From assembly GCA_043821645.1 (NCBI GenBank), contig JBDRCO010000107.1, positions 1 through 18,684 of the forward strand: DNA of 18,684 nt, in the 5' to 3' direction. Of the stretch, positions 7,507 to 16,015 are shown one piece after another. Under the pieces are notes generated by a model. It did not search any database and had not been told where the DNA came from. It saw nothing but the letters and a program-made list of their open reading frames with translations. The stretch comes from Pseudomonadota bacterium. Its GTDB lineage: Bacteria; Myxococcota; JACRCW01; JAFGSX01. A program made the translations under genes and the position numbers. Each line of letters begins with the position of its first letter. Position 1 is the stretch's first letter.

Positions 7507-8562
7507 CTACCAGCTTGCTGGAGCGTAGCTGGTCTCGTCACCCCAGGGCGGCTCGCGGGCGACGATCTCGAAGGGGGCGCGGCCCTGGCACGCTAGCCGT
7601 CGATGCTGGCCGGTGATTTCTCGAACCTCCAGCTCCAGCGAGCCCAGGAGCTGGTTGCAGTTGTAGCGCACGCTGCCGTCGACGTCAGGGTAACGCACGC
7701 GCAGCATGCCCTCGCGCGGTGCGGTCCAGCGACCCTCGAGCACCAGCTCGGGGCTGCGTGCAGCAAAGGTCCAATCGCCGAGGGCATAGCGCGCGTGCGT
7801 GGGCTCGCCCAGCAGACCCAATCCGGCCCCCTTGAGGTGGCGCAGGCGGTTGAAGGCGTGGTGCTTGCCGTCGAGGACCAGCTCGCAGCTCATCAGGGTG
7901 TTGCTGCCGCGCTGCGTGGCCACCGCCTCGAAGGCACAGTCCGCTGCGTCGTCGAAGCGCGGGCAGGCGCCCCAGGCCCAGCCGTCCTGCATGGCGCGGC
8001 CAAAGGTGTGACCCTGGGTCAACATCGCCCCGTCGAGAGAGATCGCATCCGAGTCCAGGTGCAGGCTGCCCTGCACCGCGGCCTGGCTATTGGGCGAGGT
8101 GTGGTGGGAGCGCGAGATCGCGCGCGCAAGCCAGGGGTTGGCGACGGAACGAAAGGTGGCACTCGCCGGATCGAAGCGCAGGTCCCAGGCCACCGTGGCG
8201 TCGCTCTGGGTCACGCGGCCGCGTGCCAGGCCATTGTTGAAGAACGCGTGCTCGCCCAGGTGCAGCCCGAAGCGCGCCTGCTCGAAGCGCACCTGATCCA
8301 GGGGCAGGGCCTGGGTCAGTCTGAGGTCACGGCCTCCGGGCCGCCCATCCCGCACCAGGGCCCACAGCCGCGCATCCGAGGAGCCGTCGTGCCGTTGCAG
8401 CAGCGAGTGACGGAACCACAGCGCGAGGGCCTGGGTCGGATGCAGCACGATGGCGTACCACTGCTCGTACTGCGGGGCACCCCGGGGACTGGGCCAGGTC
8501 CGGACGGGCTGATTGTCGCGGTCATTCGGGGGTGGGGCAGCGACAGACGCGTAGGCTGGCAT
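7507..8562 (-). CDS. Hypothetical protein, tocopherol cyclase / CrtC / AttH-like beta-barrel
   Basis: YEQWY near the N-terminus, WDLRF, QGHTFG...WAWG resemble the E-x-W-Y and (H/K)-x-W-G...W-x-W patterns of this fold. Start ATG 8562 (track gives 8598). Confidence 0.55.
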   Translation of the reverse strand: MPAYASVAAPPPNDRDNQPVRTWPSPRGAPQYEQWYAIVLHPTQALALWFRHSLLQRHDGSSDARLWALVRDGRPGGRDLRLTQALPLDQVRFEQARFGLHLGEHAFFNNGLARGRVTQSDATVAWDLRFDPASATFRSVANPWLARAISRSHHTSPNSQAAVQGSLHLDSDAISLDGAMLTQGHTFGRAMQDGWAWGACPRFDDAADCAFEAVATQRGSNTLMSCELVLDGKHHAFNRLRHLKGAGLGLLGEPTHARYALGDWTFAARSPELVLEGRWTAPREGMLRVRYPDVDGSVRYNCNQLLGSLELEVREITGQHRRLACQGRAPFEIVAREPPWGDETSYAPASW

Positions 8563-8625
8563 GCGACACCGCCTTTCGGAGGACGGCCGGCCCGCCACCG
8601 ATTAGCGGAAGCGCGCCCCGTATGT

Positions 8626-8634
8626 TGTTATGAT
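8626..8634 (+). promoter_or_regulatory. Putative extended -10 promoter (TGn-TATGAT) for dacB operon
   Basis: TGTTATGAT in an AT-rich patch about 30 nt upstream of ATG 8663. Confidence 0.45.
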
Positions 8635-8662
8635 GGGTGCTGGACTGCGAGACAAGGATGAA

Positions 8663-10261
8663 ATGCGTCAGGCCCTCGCCATCATCGCCCTGCTTCTCGC
8701 GCTGATCCTCGACGGAGAACAGTCTGTCGGCGCCAGCGACGGCAGCGTCGACGTTGCCGAACACCCGCCTGACACCGCGTTGGCCCCGGCATCCCTGGAC
8801 CCTGGAAGCACGGACACGGCGGAAGCCCTGCTCGAGATCTCGCCGCTGCTCGACGGCAACGTCCGCGCCATGATCACTCACGCCCTCACACATCCGGCCC
8901 TGCGCGGTGCTCGCGTCGGTCTCTACGCGGCCTCTCTCGACAGTGGGGCCATGCTGCTGCGCAAGAATCCGCACCTCCTGCTCAACCCTGCCTCCAATGC
9001 CAAGCTCGTCACCTCGGCCGCGGCCCTGGCCCTGCTGGGGCCCGAGCATCGCTTCGCCACCTTCTATGCCAGCGACGGGGAGATCGTGAACGGCACGCTG
9101 CAGGGGAACCTGTACGTGCGGGGTCGGGGCGATCCCACCATCAGCACCGAGCGCCTGCTGGCGGTGCTTCACGAGCTCAAGCTGCTGGGTATCACGAAGA
9201 TCGAGGGCCGCGTTCTCGTCGACGACAGCTTCTTCGATGGCGTGCGCGAGGCCAAGGGCTGGGAGCAGGAGGACAGCGATCGCGCCTACGCTGCGCCAGT
9301 GGGTGCCCTGTCCCTCAACTACAACACGGTCACCGTGATCGCCCGCCCCGGTCCCTTCGTGGGGAGCCCCGCGATCCTGACCGTGGATCCGCCCAGCGAC
9401 TACATCCAGCTCGACGCCAAGGTGACCACCAGCGACTGGAATGCGCGACTGTACATGCGCAGCTTCGAGCGCGGTGGCCGCAACGTGGTGCGCCTGCGCG
9501 GCCACGTCAGCAGCGACGGCGGACCGCAACGCATCTACCGGCGGGTCAGCGATCCCGCCCTGCATTTCGCGAGCGCGCTGGTGGGCATGTTGAACGATGC
9601 CGGTATCTCGGTGCAGCGGCACCCCGGCCGCGCCTACACGCCGGACCGGGCCCGGGTGCTGGTGACCGATCGCTCGCCGCGCCTGGCCACGGTCGTGGCA
9701 GAACTCAACAAGTGGTCCAATAACTTCATCGCCGAGATGTTGATCAAGACCCTGGGGGCCGAGATCGCCGGGACCCCCGGGAGCTTCGAGCGCGGCCTGG
9801 CCGTGGCGCGGCAGTTCCTCGAGACCGAGGTCGGCTGGCGTCATGGCAGCTACGTGTTCAATAACGGCAGTGGACTCAACGACGTCAATCGCTTCTCCAC
9901 GGAACAGATCGCGCAGCTGCTGCGTTACATGCACGGCCACGCCGAGGCCGGGCATGAGTTCGTGTCCAGCCTGGGGGTCGCGGGTCGCCAGGGAACCATC
10001 GCCCTGCGCCTTCGCGACACCGCCGCGGACCGCCGGCTGCGGGCCAAGACCGGGACCCTGAGCCACGTCAGTGCGCTCAGCGGCTACGTCGTGACCGCCA
10101 GCGGTGAGCCCCTGGTCTTCTCCATCCTGGTCAACGGGTATGATGGCTCGACGCGGCCGATCTGGGAGGTCCAGGACATGATCGGCGAGGCCCTGGCCAT
10201 GTACGCCGGCGACCTGCGCGATCGGATGGATGCCACCGCGCTGCACAGGAGCGAGCCGTGA
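8663..10261 (+). CDS. dacB: D-Ala-D-Ala carboxypeptidase/endopeptidase (PBP4, peptidase S13)
   Basis: SxxK (PASNAK), GRGDPT, SxN (SNNFIAE), NGSGL, KTG (AKTGTL). Signal peptide after ATG 8663, preceded by AAGGA. Confidence 0.93.
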   Translation: MRQALAIIALLLALILDGEQSVGASDGSVDVAEHPPDTALAPASLDPGSTDTAEALLEISPLLDGNVRAMITHALTHPALRGARVGLYAASLDSGAMLLRKNPHLLLNPASNAKLVTSAAALALLGPEHRFATFYASDGEIVNGTLQGNLYVRGRGDPTISTERLLAVLHELKLLGITKIEGRVLVDDSFFDGVREAKGWEQEDSDRAYAAPVGALSLNYNTVTVIARPGPFVGSPAILTVDPPSDYIQLDAKVTTSDWNARLYMRSFERGGRNVVRLRGHVSSDGGPQRIYRRVSDPALHFASALVGMLNDAGISVQRHPGRAYTPDRARVLVTDRSPRLATVVAELNKWSNNFIAEMLIKTLGAEIAGTPGSFERGLAVARQFLETEVGWRHGSYVFNNGSGLNDVNRFSTEQIAQLLRYMHGHAEAGHEFVSSLGVAGRQGTIALRLRDTAADRRLRAKTGTLSHVSALSGYVVTASGEPLVFSILVNGYDGSTRPIWEVQDMIGEALAMYAGDLRDRMDATALHRSEP

Positions 10262-11967
10262 AGGTCTTCCTGGGTGCGGCCTTGATCCTTCTGTCCACTC
10301 CCGTGCTGGCCGCGGAACTGTTTCCCCTGCCCTCGGCGCTCGAGCCCAACGTGCGCTTCTGGCGCCGGGTGTACGCGGAGTGGCCGACCAATCGCTACGC
10401 CATTCACGACGACCAGCAGCTGGATATCGTGTACCGGGTGATCGCCGCCACCGATGGTCGCGAGGCCAAGGTCAAGAACGCCAAGGCCGAGATCGAGGAC
10501 GCCCTGGGCCGGCTGGATGCACGCCGCCCGAGCAGCGAAAGCGGGCTCACAGGTGCCGAGCTCGAGGCCTTCCGGGCCCTCTCCGGCTCGAGCGATCCAG
10601 CGCGTTTTGCCCGGGCTCGCGGCCACGTGCGGCACCAGAAAGGGCAGCGCGATCGCTTTGCCGAGGCCCTGCGCACCAGTGGACGCTACCGCCCGCAGAT
10701 CGAGAAGATCCTGGTCGACCACGGCCTGCCCCGGGAGCTGCTGGCCGTGATCTACGTCGAATCGATGTTCAACACCCATGCCCGCAGCTTCTCGGGCGCA
10801 CTGGGCCTGTGGCAGTTCATGCCCTACACCGGCCGCGAATATCTCAACATCAACAAGGTTGTCGACGAGCGCCGCGATCCCATCATCGCCAGCTACGCTG
10901 CGGCCAGCTACCTGCGCAGTGCCTACAAGCGTCTCGGGGCATGGCCTCTGGCCATCACCTCGTACAACTACGGCATGAACGGCATGGCCCGGGCTGTCAA
11001 GGCGGTGGGCACCACCGAGATCGCCACGGTGCTGTCGAGCTACCGCAGCGGGCGGCTGGGCTTTGCCGCCAAGAACTACTACACCGAGTTCCTGGCTGCA
11101 CTCGACGTCATGCAGAATCCAGGGCGCTACTTCCCGGAGGTGACGCCTGCCTCACCCTGGCGCTATGACGTGGTCCGGCTCCCGGGCGCAACCACGGTCC
11201 CGGCACTGGACAAGGCCGGTTCGGTGTCCGCCAAGGACCTGACGACGCTGAATCCTGCTCTCAACCGCGAGGCCCTGCAGGGGCGGGTGCGCCTCCCGGC
11301 GGGGATGTCCCTGCGCATTCCTCGAGGCCGGACGGAGTCCTTCGTGGCGTCCCTGGGGTCGGTTCGGGATCTGCGTCGCGGAGATGAGGAGAGAGGCCGT
11401 CGCTACACGGTTCGAGGAGGCGACTCCATCACCAGCATTGCACGCCGTCACGGTGTGACCCAGGGGCAGCTGCTCGCCGCCAACCACCTGGCTCGCGACG
11501 CCACCCTGTACAAGGGCATGAACCTGATCGTGCCGCCCAAGGCGGCGGGGTACACCCTGTACCCGGAGGCGCGCGAGATGCCTGTGCCCGAGCTTCCCGC
11601 CGGGGTCGCTGTGGCCGCCCGCAGCGTCGAGCCTGAGCCCGAGCTGGAGCCTGAGCCTGAGCGGGAGCCGCCAAAGCGCGTGGCCACGGCCATCCCTCGC
11701 GCCGAGGTGCGCACCAGGACCGTGCGCGAACCCCCACCGCCGCGGCGCCATGCCCGCCGGGTGCGGCTGCCTGGGACCCGGGCGATCGTGCTGGCAGGAC
11801 CGGTCACGGCTGACGAGGGAGGGGCTGCCGCTGCCCTCGAGGCCGAGATCGCCGTCGACGTGCTGGCTGGCACCATGGACCTGCCTGCGGTGGATGTCGT
11901 GGCGGGCGTGCCCGCCGTCCTCGACGAACCGATGCCTGAGCCGTCGCAGACCCCCGACGCGGCCTGA
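10258..11967 (+). CDS. MltD-like lytic transglycosylase (SLT domain plus LysM) with low-complexity C-terminal tail
   Basis: Signal peptide; VESMFN (catalytic Glu), GLWQFMP, DERRDP, SYNYG; LysM YTVRGGDSITSIARRHGV. GTGA overlap with dacB. Confidence 0.9.
   Translation: MKVFLGAALILLSTPVLAAELFPLPSALEPNVRFWRRVYAEWPTNRYAIHDDQQLDIVYRVIAATDGREAKVKNAKAEIEDALGRLDARRPSSESGLTGAELEAFRALSGSSDPARFARARGHVRHQKGQRDRFAEALRTSGRYRPQIEKILVDHGLPRELLAVIYVESMFNTHARSFSGALGLWQFMPYTGREYLNINKVVDERRDPIIASYAAASYLRSAYKRLGAWPLAITSYNYGMNGMARAVKAVGTTEIATVLSSYRSGRLGFAAKNYYTEFLAALDVMQNPGRYFPEVTPASPWRYDVVRLPGATTVPALDKAGSVSAKDLTTLNPALNREALQGRVRLPAGMSLRIPRGRTESFVASLGSVRDLRRGDEERGRRYTVRGGDSITSIARRHGVTQGQLLAANHLARDATLYKGMNLIVPPKAAGYTLYPEAREMPVPELPAGVAVAARSVEPEPELEPEPEREPPKRVATAIPRAEVRTRTVREPPPPRRHARRVRLPGTRAIVLAGPVTADEGGAAAALEAEIAVDVLAGTMDLPAVDVVAGVPAVLDEPMPEPSQTPDAA
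11629..11670 (+). repeat. Imperfect in-frame 6-nt tandem repeat (GAGCCN-like x7) encoding an (EP)n linker
   Basis: gagcct gagccc gagctg gagcct gagcct gagcgg gagccg. Confidence 0.7.
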
Positions 11968-12028
11968 GTCCGCCCTCTGTCGTGTCCCGGTTGACCGGGC
12001 GGCGCACCCGTTGTCTGCTGGGTGCATC

Positions 12029-13468
12029 ATGCGCGGCGTGTTGCCACAGCCATCGGTGGTCTACGAGGTCCTGATCGATCGTTTCAGCCGATCGCAGGAT
12101 GGCGTGACGGCAGTCCAGGCCTGGGGCGAGGAGGATGACCGGCACCTTGTTCACGGCGGCGACCTGCGCGGCGTGACCCGGCGCCTGGATCACCTTGTCG
12201 AGCTCGGCGTGGACACCTTGTTGCTGTCACCGGTGTGGCCGTCGACCAGCGCGCTCGGCGACGAGATCGAGGACTTCTTCTCGGTCTCGCCGGCCCTGGG
12301 TGGCGAGGAGGCCTTCGACGAGTTGCTGCAGGCTGCCCAGCAGCGGGGAATGTGGGTCCTGCTCACCGGGCTGTTCGATCGCGTTGGCCACAAGCACGAC
12401 TGGTTCGTCGAGGCCACGACCCAGGAGCTCGACGACGGACGCATCGATCCCAGCCAGCGCCGGCGCTCGTTCTTCTCCTTCGAGCAGGCGCCCTTTGGCC
12501 ATGCCGCGTACCGGGGAGATCAGACGCAGCCCGAACTCAACCTGCAGGACTATCACCTGCGTCACAAGCTCCTGCATGGCGACCGCTCCGTGCTGCGGAC
12601 CTGGATAGACCGTGGCATCAACGGCTGGCGCATCGACCACGCCGAGTCCCTGGGCTACGAGGTGCTGGGCGAGATCCTGCGGGCCTCGCGCAATGCCAAC
12701 CCCGACTGCCTGGTCATCGGCGACGCCCGGGCCTTCGCGGCGCGCGAGGTGCGCGACGGCCTGGTCGACGGGGTGGTCAACCACTACCTGCGCGAGGCCG
12801 TGGTGGCCTTTCTGCGCGGCCGGGTGCCGGCCCAGGAACTGGGGCGGGTGCTCGAGCAGCAGGTGCTGCGCTACGGTTCGCGCGGTCTGTCCCGCTGCTT
12901 CAACGTGCTGTCCAGTGCCGGGGATCCTCGCCTGCTGTCCTTGCTCGACGGCGATGCCCGGCGCATGCACCTGGCGGTGCAGCTTCAGTACGCGCTCCCT
13001 GGAGCGGCGGTGGTCTTCTACGGCGATGAGGTCGGTCTGGTCGGCGCGGAGCTGGCGTCGTGCCGCCGGCCCATGGAATGGGATCGCGGCCGCTGGAACC
13101 CGGACCTGCTGCAGGCGTACAAGCAGATGGGAGCGCTGCGCCGTGCCCAGCGCGCCCTGGTCAGCGGCGACGTGACCAACCTGACGCCGAGTGGCGAGCC
13201 CGACGTCTTTGCCCTGGCCCGCTCCTGTGGCAATCCGCGAGACACCGTGGTGGCCGCCTTCAATCGCAGCGACCGGGCGCGGGAGGTGACTCTGTTCGTG
13301 GCCGTGGGAGGCATGGTCGATGGTCTGCCCATGCGCGATGCCCTGAGCGAGACGCAGGCCGTCTTCCGCAACGGGGTGCTCGACCTGGTGATACCGGCGC
13401 ATGGCGCCGTGATCCTGGCCCCGGCCCTCGATGCCTTGGCGGGATATCGGTTTCTCAAGGATCGCTGA
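12029..13468 (+). CDS. GH13 alpha-amylase family protein (neopullulanase/maltodextrin glucosidase-like) with degenerate catalytic motifs
   Basis: VYEVLIDRF, GGDLRGVTRRLDHLVELGV, PELN, GWRID, PGAAVVFYGDEVG, CRRPMEW. Start placed at ATG 12029 because the track start overlaps the MltD-like gene. Confidence 0.88.
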   Translation: MRGVLPQPSVVYEVLIDRFSRSQDGVTAVQAWGEEDDRHLVHGGDLRGVTRRLDHLVELGVDTLLLSPVWPSTSALGDEIEDFFSVSPALGGEEAFDELLQAAQQRGMWVLLTGLFDRVGHKHDWFVEATTQELDDGRIDPSQRRRSFFSFEQAPFGHAAYRGDQTQPELNLQDYHLRHKLLHGDRSVLRTWIDRGINGWRIDHAESLGYEVLGEILRASRNANPDCLVIGDARAFAAREVRDGLVDGVVNHYLREAVVAFLRGRVPAQELGRVLEQQVLRYGSRGLSRCFNVLSSAGDPRLLSLLDGDARRMHLAVQLQYALPGAAVVFYGDEVGLVGAELASCRRPMEWDRGRWNPDLLQAYKQMGALRRAQRALVSGDVTNLTPSGEPDVFALARSCGNPRDTVVAAFNRSDRAREVTLFVAVGGMVDGLPMRDALSETQAVFRNGVLDLVIPAHGAVILAPALDALAGYRFLKDR

Positions 13469-13914
13469 TGGTGCTGCTGCAGACCGCGCTGGCCCTGTGG
13501 CTGGGGCTCCTGCTGGCCTCGGGGCTTCACGAGCTGGGCCACGCCGTGGTGGCCCGCGGCGCGGGTGCGCGGCGGATCCAGCTTCGCGTCGGGTACGGCC
13601 CTGGACTTTTTCACCTGTGCCTCGCAGGCGGCAGGCTTCAGCTCGGGCTGCTCTTCCCCGTCGGGGGCTGCTGCAGCTTCGAAGGGGACCTGCCCTGGCG
13701 CGCCGCGCTGGCCGAGCGCGCCGCAGGGTCGCTGGTCAACCTCGGCATCGCTGCGCTGCTGGCGCTGGCCTGGCCGATGATCGCTGGCGTCGTGGCCTGG
13801 AGCGTCCTGGTGGCCCAGCTCGCGGTTGGCCTGGGTCAGCTGGTGCCGCTGGGCGAGCTCGATGGCGCGCAGCTCAAGCGGCTGCTGCACAGCCCGCAGC
13901 GCACGTCGCCCTGA
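13468..13914 (+). CDS. Small M50 / site-2 protease family membrane metallopeptidase (148 aa)
   Basis: HELGH in a hydrophobic helix, VGYGP, AAGSLVN (AGPxxN-like), QLVPLGELDG (NxxPxxxLDG-like). TGATG coupling with the GH13 gene. Confidence 0.75.
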   Translation: MVLLQTALALWLGLLLASGLHELGHAVVARGAGARRIQLRVGYGPGLFHLCLAGGRLQLGLLFPVGGCCSFEGDLPWRAALAERAAGSLVNLGIAALLALAWPMIAGVVAWSVLVAQLAVGLGQLVPLGELDGAQLKRLLHSPQRTSP

Positions 13915-13945
13915 ACTCTGGTGGGCGGCATCGAGGCTGCGGCCC

Positions 13946-14887
13946 TCATCCGAGGACAAGCTCTCGCAGCAGATCGTAGACCCGGCCCACGGTCTCCAGG
14001 GACTGGCGCTGCAGCGCCTCGGGCACCTTTGCCAGGTGCTCGGTCACGCCACAGACGTCGGCACCCAGCACGCGACGCGCGCGTCCCAGGCGCCGCAAGA
14101 GCTGCTCCAGCTCGTCGAACTCGAGCTCGCCCTGGTTGTCGGAGGGTGCCGTGATGCCGCCGTCGCCGGTGCGGCGCCAGTCCGTGACCAGCCCCCGGCG
14201 CAGCACGTCGAGATCGACGCTCAGATAGATCGCGTCGCCACGCAGGCTGTCTGGCTCGAAGGCGGCGAGGTCGCGCCAGCGCACCACCAGGGCGCGGTCG
14301 ATACGGCGCGGGTTGGCGGGCAGGCGTTGCACCCGGGCGCTGCGCACCGAGGCATTGCGGCGGGCCGCCACGCCATGGTGCCGCGACGCGCGCAGCACGA
14401 CCTCCCCGACGTCGTCGGGATGTGCCAGGTACTGGCGCAGCTTGGCGAAGACCTCGCACCGATAATAGGTGATCTCATTGCCCAGGATCAGGCCTGGCAG
14501 ATCGTGCTGCTCGGGGCTGGTGTTCAAACCCAGCAGCACACCCTCATGGACCTCGGGGATCTCCAGGATCGCACCCACGAAAGACGCGCAGTCGAGCTTC
14601 CAGCGAAAGCGCGTGTCCTTGTCGGGGTGGGCGTCGACGTGAACGTAGCTCACGCTGTTCCGGCGGCACAGCCCCTCGACCACGGCGTAGGTCTCGTGGT
14701 GAAAGTTTCCCGAGCCGTTGAGCACCACGAAGGGCCCCTCGGGCACCGGGCGCAGCCGCGCCTTCAGGGTCTCGGGCCTGCGGCCGGCGGCTGGCCAGGT
14801 GACGTCGATGGTGGTGCCCCGGGTGCGGCCAAGATACTCGGCCACGCGCAGCGCTTCAGGGTAGTCGATGACAACGGTCGAGAGCAC
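13946..14887 (-). CDS. Arginase/ureohydrolase-fold protein of unknown substrate
   Basis: GSGNFHH, HVDAHPD, YLSVDLDVL, QGEL, GADVCG. GTG start overlaps the upstream TAG. Confidence 0.8.
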   Translation of the reverse strand: MLSTVVIDYPEALRVAEYLGRTRGTTIDVTWPAAGRRPETLKARLRPVPEGPFVVLNGSGNFHHETYAVVEGLCRRNSVSYVHVDAHPDKDTRFRWKLDCASFVGAILEIPEVHEGVLLGLNTSPEQHDLPGLILGNEITYYRCEVFAKLRQYLAHPDDVGEVVLRASRHHGVAARRNASVRSARVQRLPANPRRIDRALVVRWRDLAAFEPDSLRGDAIYLSVDLDVLRRGLVTDWRRTGDGGITAPSDNQGELEFDELEQLLRRLGRARRVLGADVCGVTEHLAKVPEALQRQSLETVGRVYDLLRELVLG

Positions 14888-15993
14888 TAGGTCAGGACCA
14901 GGAAGTAGAACAGTCCGCCGCCCAGGAGGGCCACCAGCAGCAACACCCCGATGAGGATGATGATCTCGGCCTTGCCACCCCCGACCTTGACCTCGAGCTC
15001 CCCCGAGGCACCATCGCCCTCGGCGCCTTTGAGATCCGTGGGGCCGTCGGCCAGCTCGCCGCCTGCACCTCCCGGGGCGTCCCCGTCCAGGGCGGGCTCC
15101 TGGTCGCCGTCCTCGTCCCCCAGGTCCGGTGACAGATCCTCATCGTCCTCGTCGCCACTCTCCTCCTCATCGCCCTCCTCGTCGGCGTCTTCCTCTTCGT
15201 CCTCTCCGTCTTCCTCCTCATCGAGGCCCTCTCCCGCCACGGTCTCCTGATCCTCGAAGGCCGGGATGCCGTCGAGCTTGCCCAGGATGGAGGCCGTGGG
15301 ATCGATGAAGGTCAGACGCACGGCGCCGAGCATGATCTCGTCCGAGTCCGACATGGCGCGGGCACCGGAGATCTTCTTGTCGTTGATCACCACTCCGTTC
15401 TTGGAGCTCAGATCCTCGATGGTGATGCCTCCCCAGTCCTTGCGCACCAGGGCGTGGCGGCGCGAGATGTTGGCGTCGTTGATGCACAGGTCGCAGTCCG
15501 ACGAGCGCCCGATGACAACCTCGGCGATGGCGTCCGACAGCTCGAAACGCTTGCCCTCGTCGGGGCCGTTCATGACGCGCAGGTAAGGGTGCTCGTTGGC
15601 CTCACCCATCGAGGCGAGCACCTCCTGCACCATGCGCCGCGCCAGCTGCTCGGTGCGCTCGCTGGAGCCAAACTCCAGGGGCTTGTCGGCAACCCGGCTG
15701 TACTGGATCTTGAAGTGCATGACCTGCACGGTGTCGCCGTCCCGGAGCAGCTTCTTGCCGCCCTGGCCCAGGGGCTTGCTGTTGTGCAAGGTGCCGTGCG
15801 TCGAGTTCAGATCCTCGATGAAGTACTCGCCATTCTCGAAGATGAGCCGGGCGTGACGACGGCTCACCGTGGTCAAGGGGATCTGGATGTCATTGTGGGA
15901 ATCGCGGCCCATGGTGACCACGTCCTGGTCAAACTCATAGAGAAACTCCCGGGCTTCCTTGCCCGGAATCTCCATGCGGACGTTGAGTCTCAT
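14887..15993 (-). CDS. Tandem FHA-domain protein with acidic linker and C-terminal transmembrane helix
   Basis: FHA1: GRDSHND...VSRRHA...DLNSTHGT. FHA2: GRSSDCD...ISRRHA...DLSSKNGV. D/E-rich tract, then IIILIGVLLLVALLGGGLFYFLVL. Confidence 0.9.
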   Translation of the reverse strand: MRLNVRMEIPGKEAREFLYEFDQDVVTMGRDSHNDIQIPLTTVSRRHARLIFENGEYFIEDLNSTHGTLHNSKPLGQGGKKLLRDGDTVQVMHFKIQYSRVADKPLEFGSSERTEQLARRMVQEVLASMGEANEHPYLRVMNGPDEGKRFELSDAIAEVVIGRSSDCDLCINDANISRRHALVRKDWGGITIEDLSSKNGVVINDKKISGARAMSDSDEIMLGAVRLTFIDPTASILGKLDGIPAFEDQETVAGEGLDEEEDGEDEEEDADEEGDEEESGDEDDEDLSPDLGDEDGDQEPALDGDAPGGAGGELADGPTDLKGAEGDGASGELEVKVGGGKAEIIILIGVLLLVALLGGGLFYFLVLT

Positions 15994-16015
15994 AGGCACG
16001 GTTCGTGTCCTGCCG

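Noticed and set aside
11986-12025. Inverted repeats CCCGG/CCGGG and GCACCC/GGGTGC plus TTGACC before the GH13 gene
   Set aside because: Short GC-rich stems without a U-tract and no convincing -10 box; not distinguishable from chance.
15120-15230. TCC/TCG-rich repetitive DNA
   Set aside because: Explained by Asp/Glu codons of the acidic linker in the FHA protein; not a CRISPR or independent repeat.
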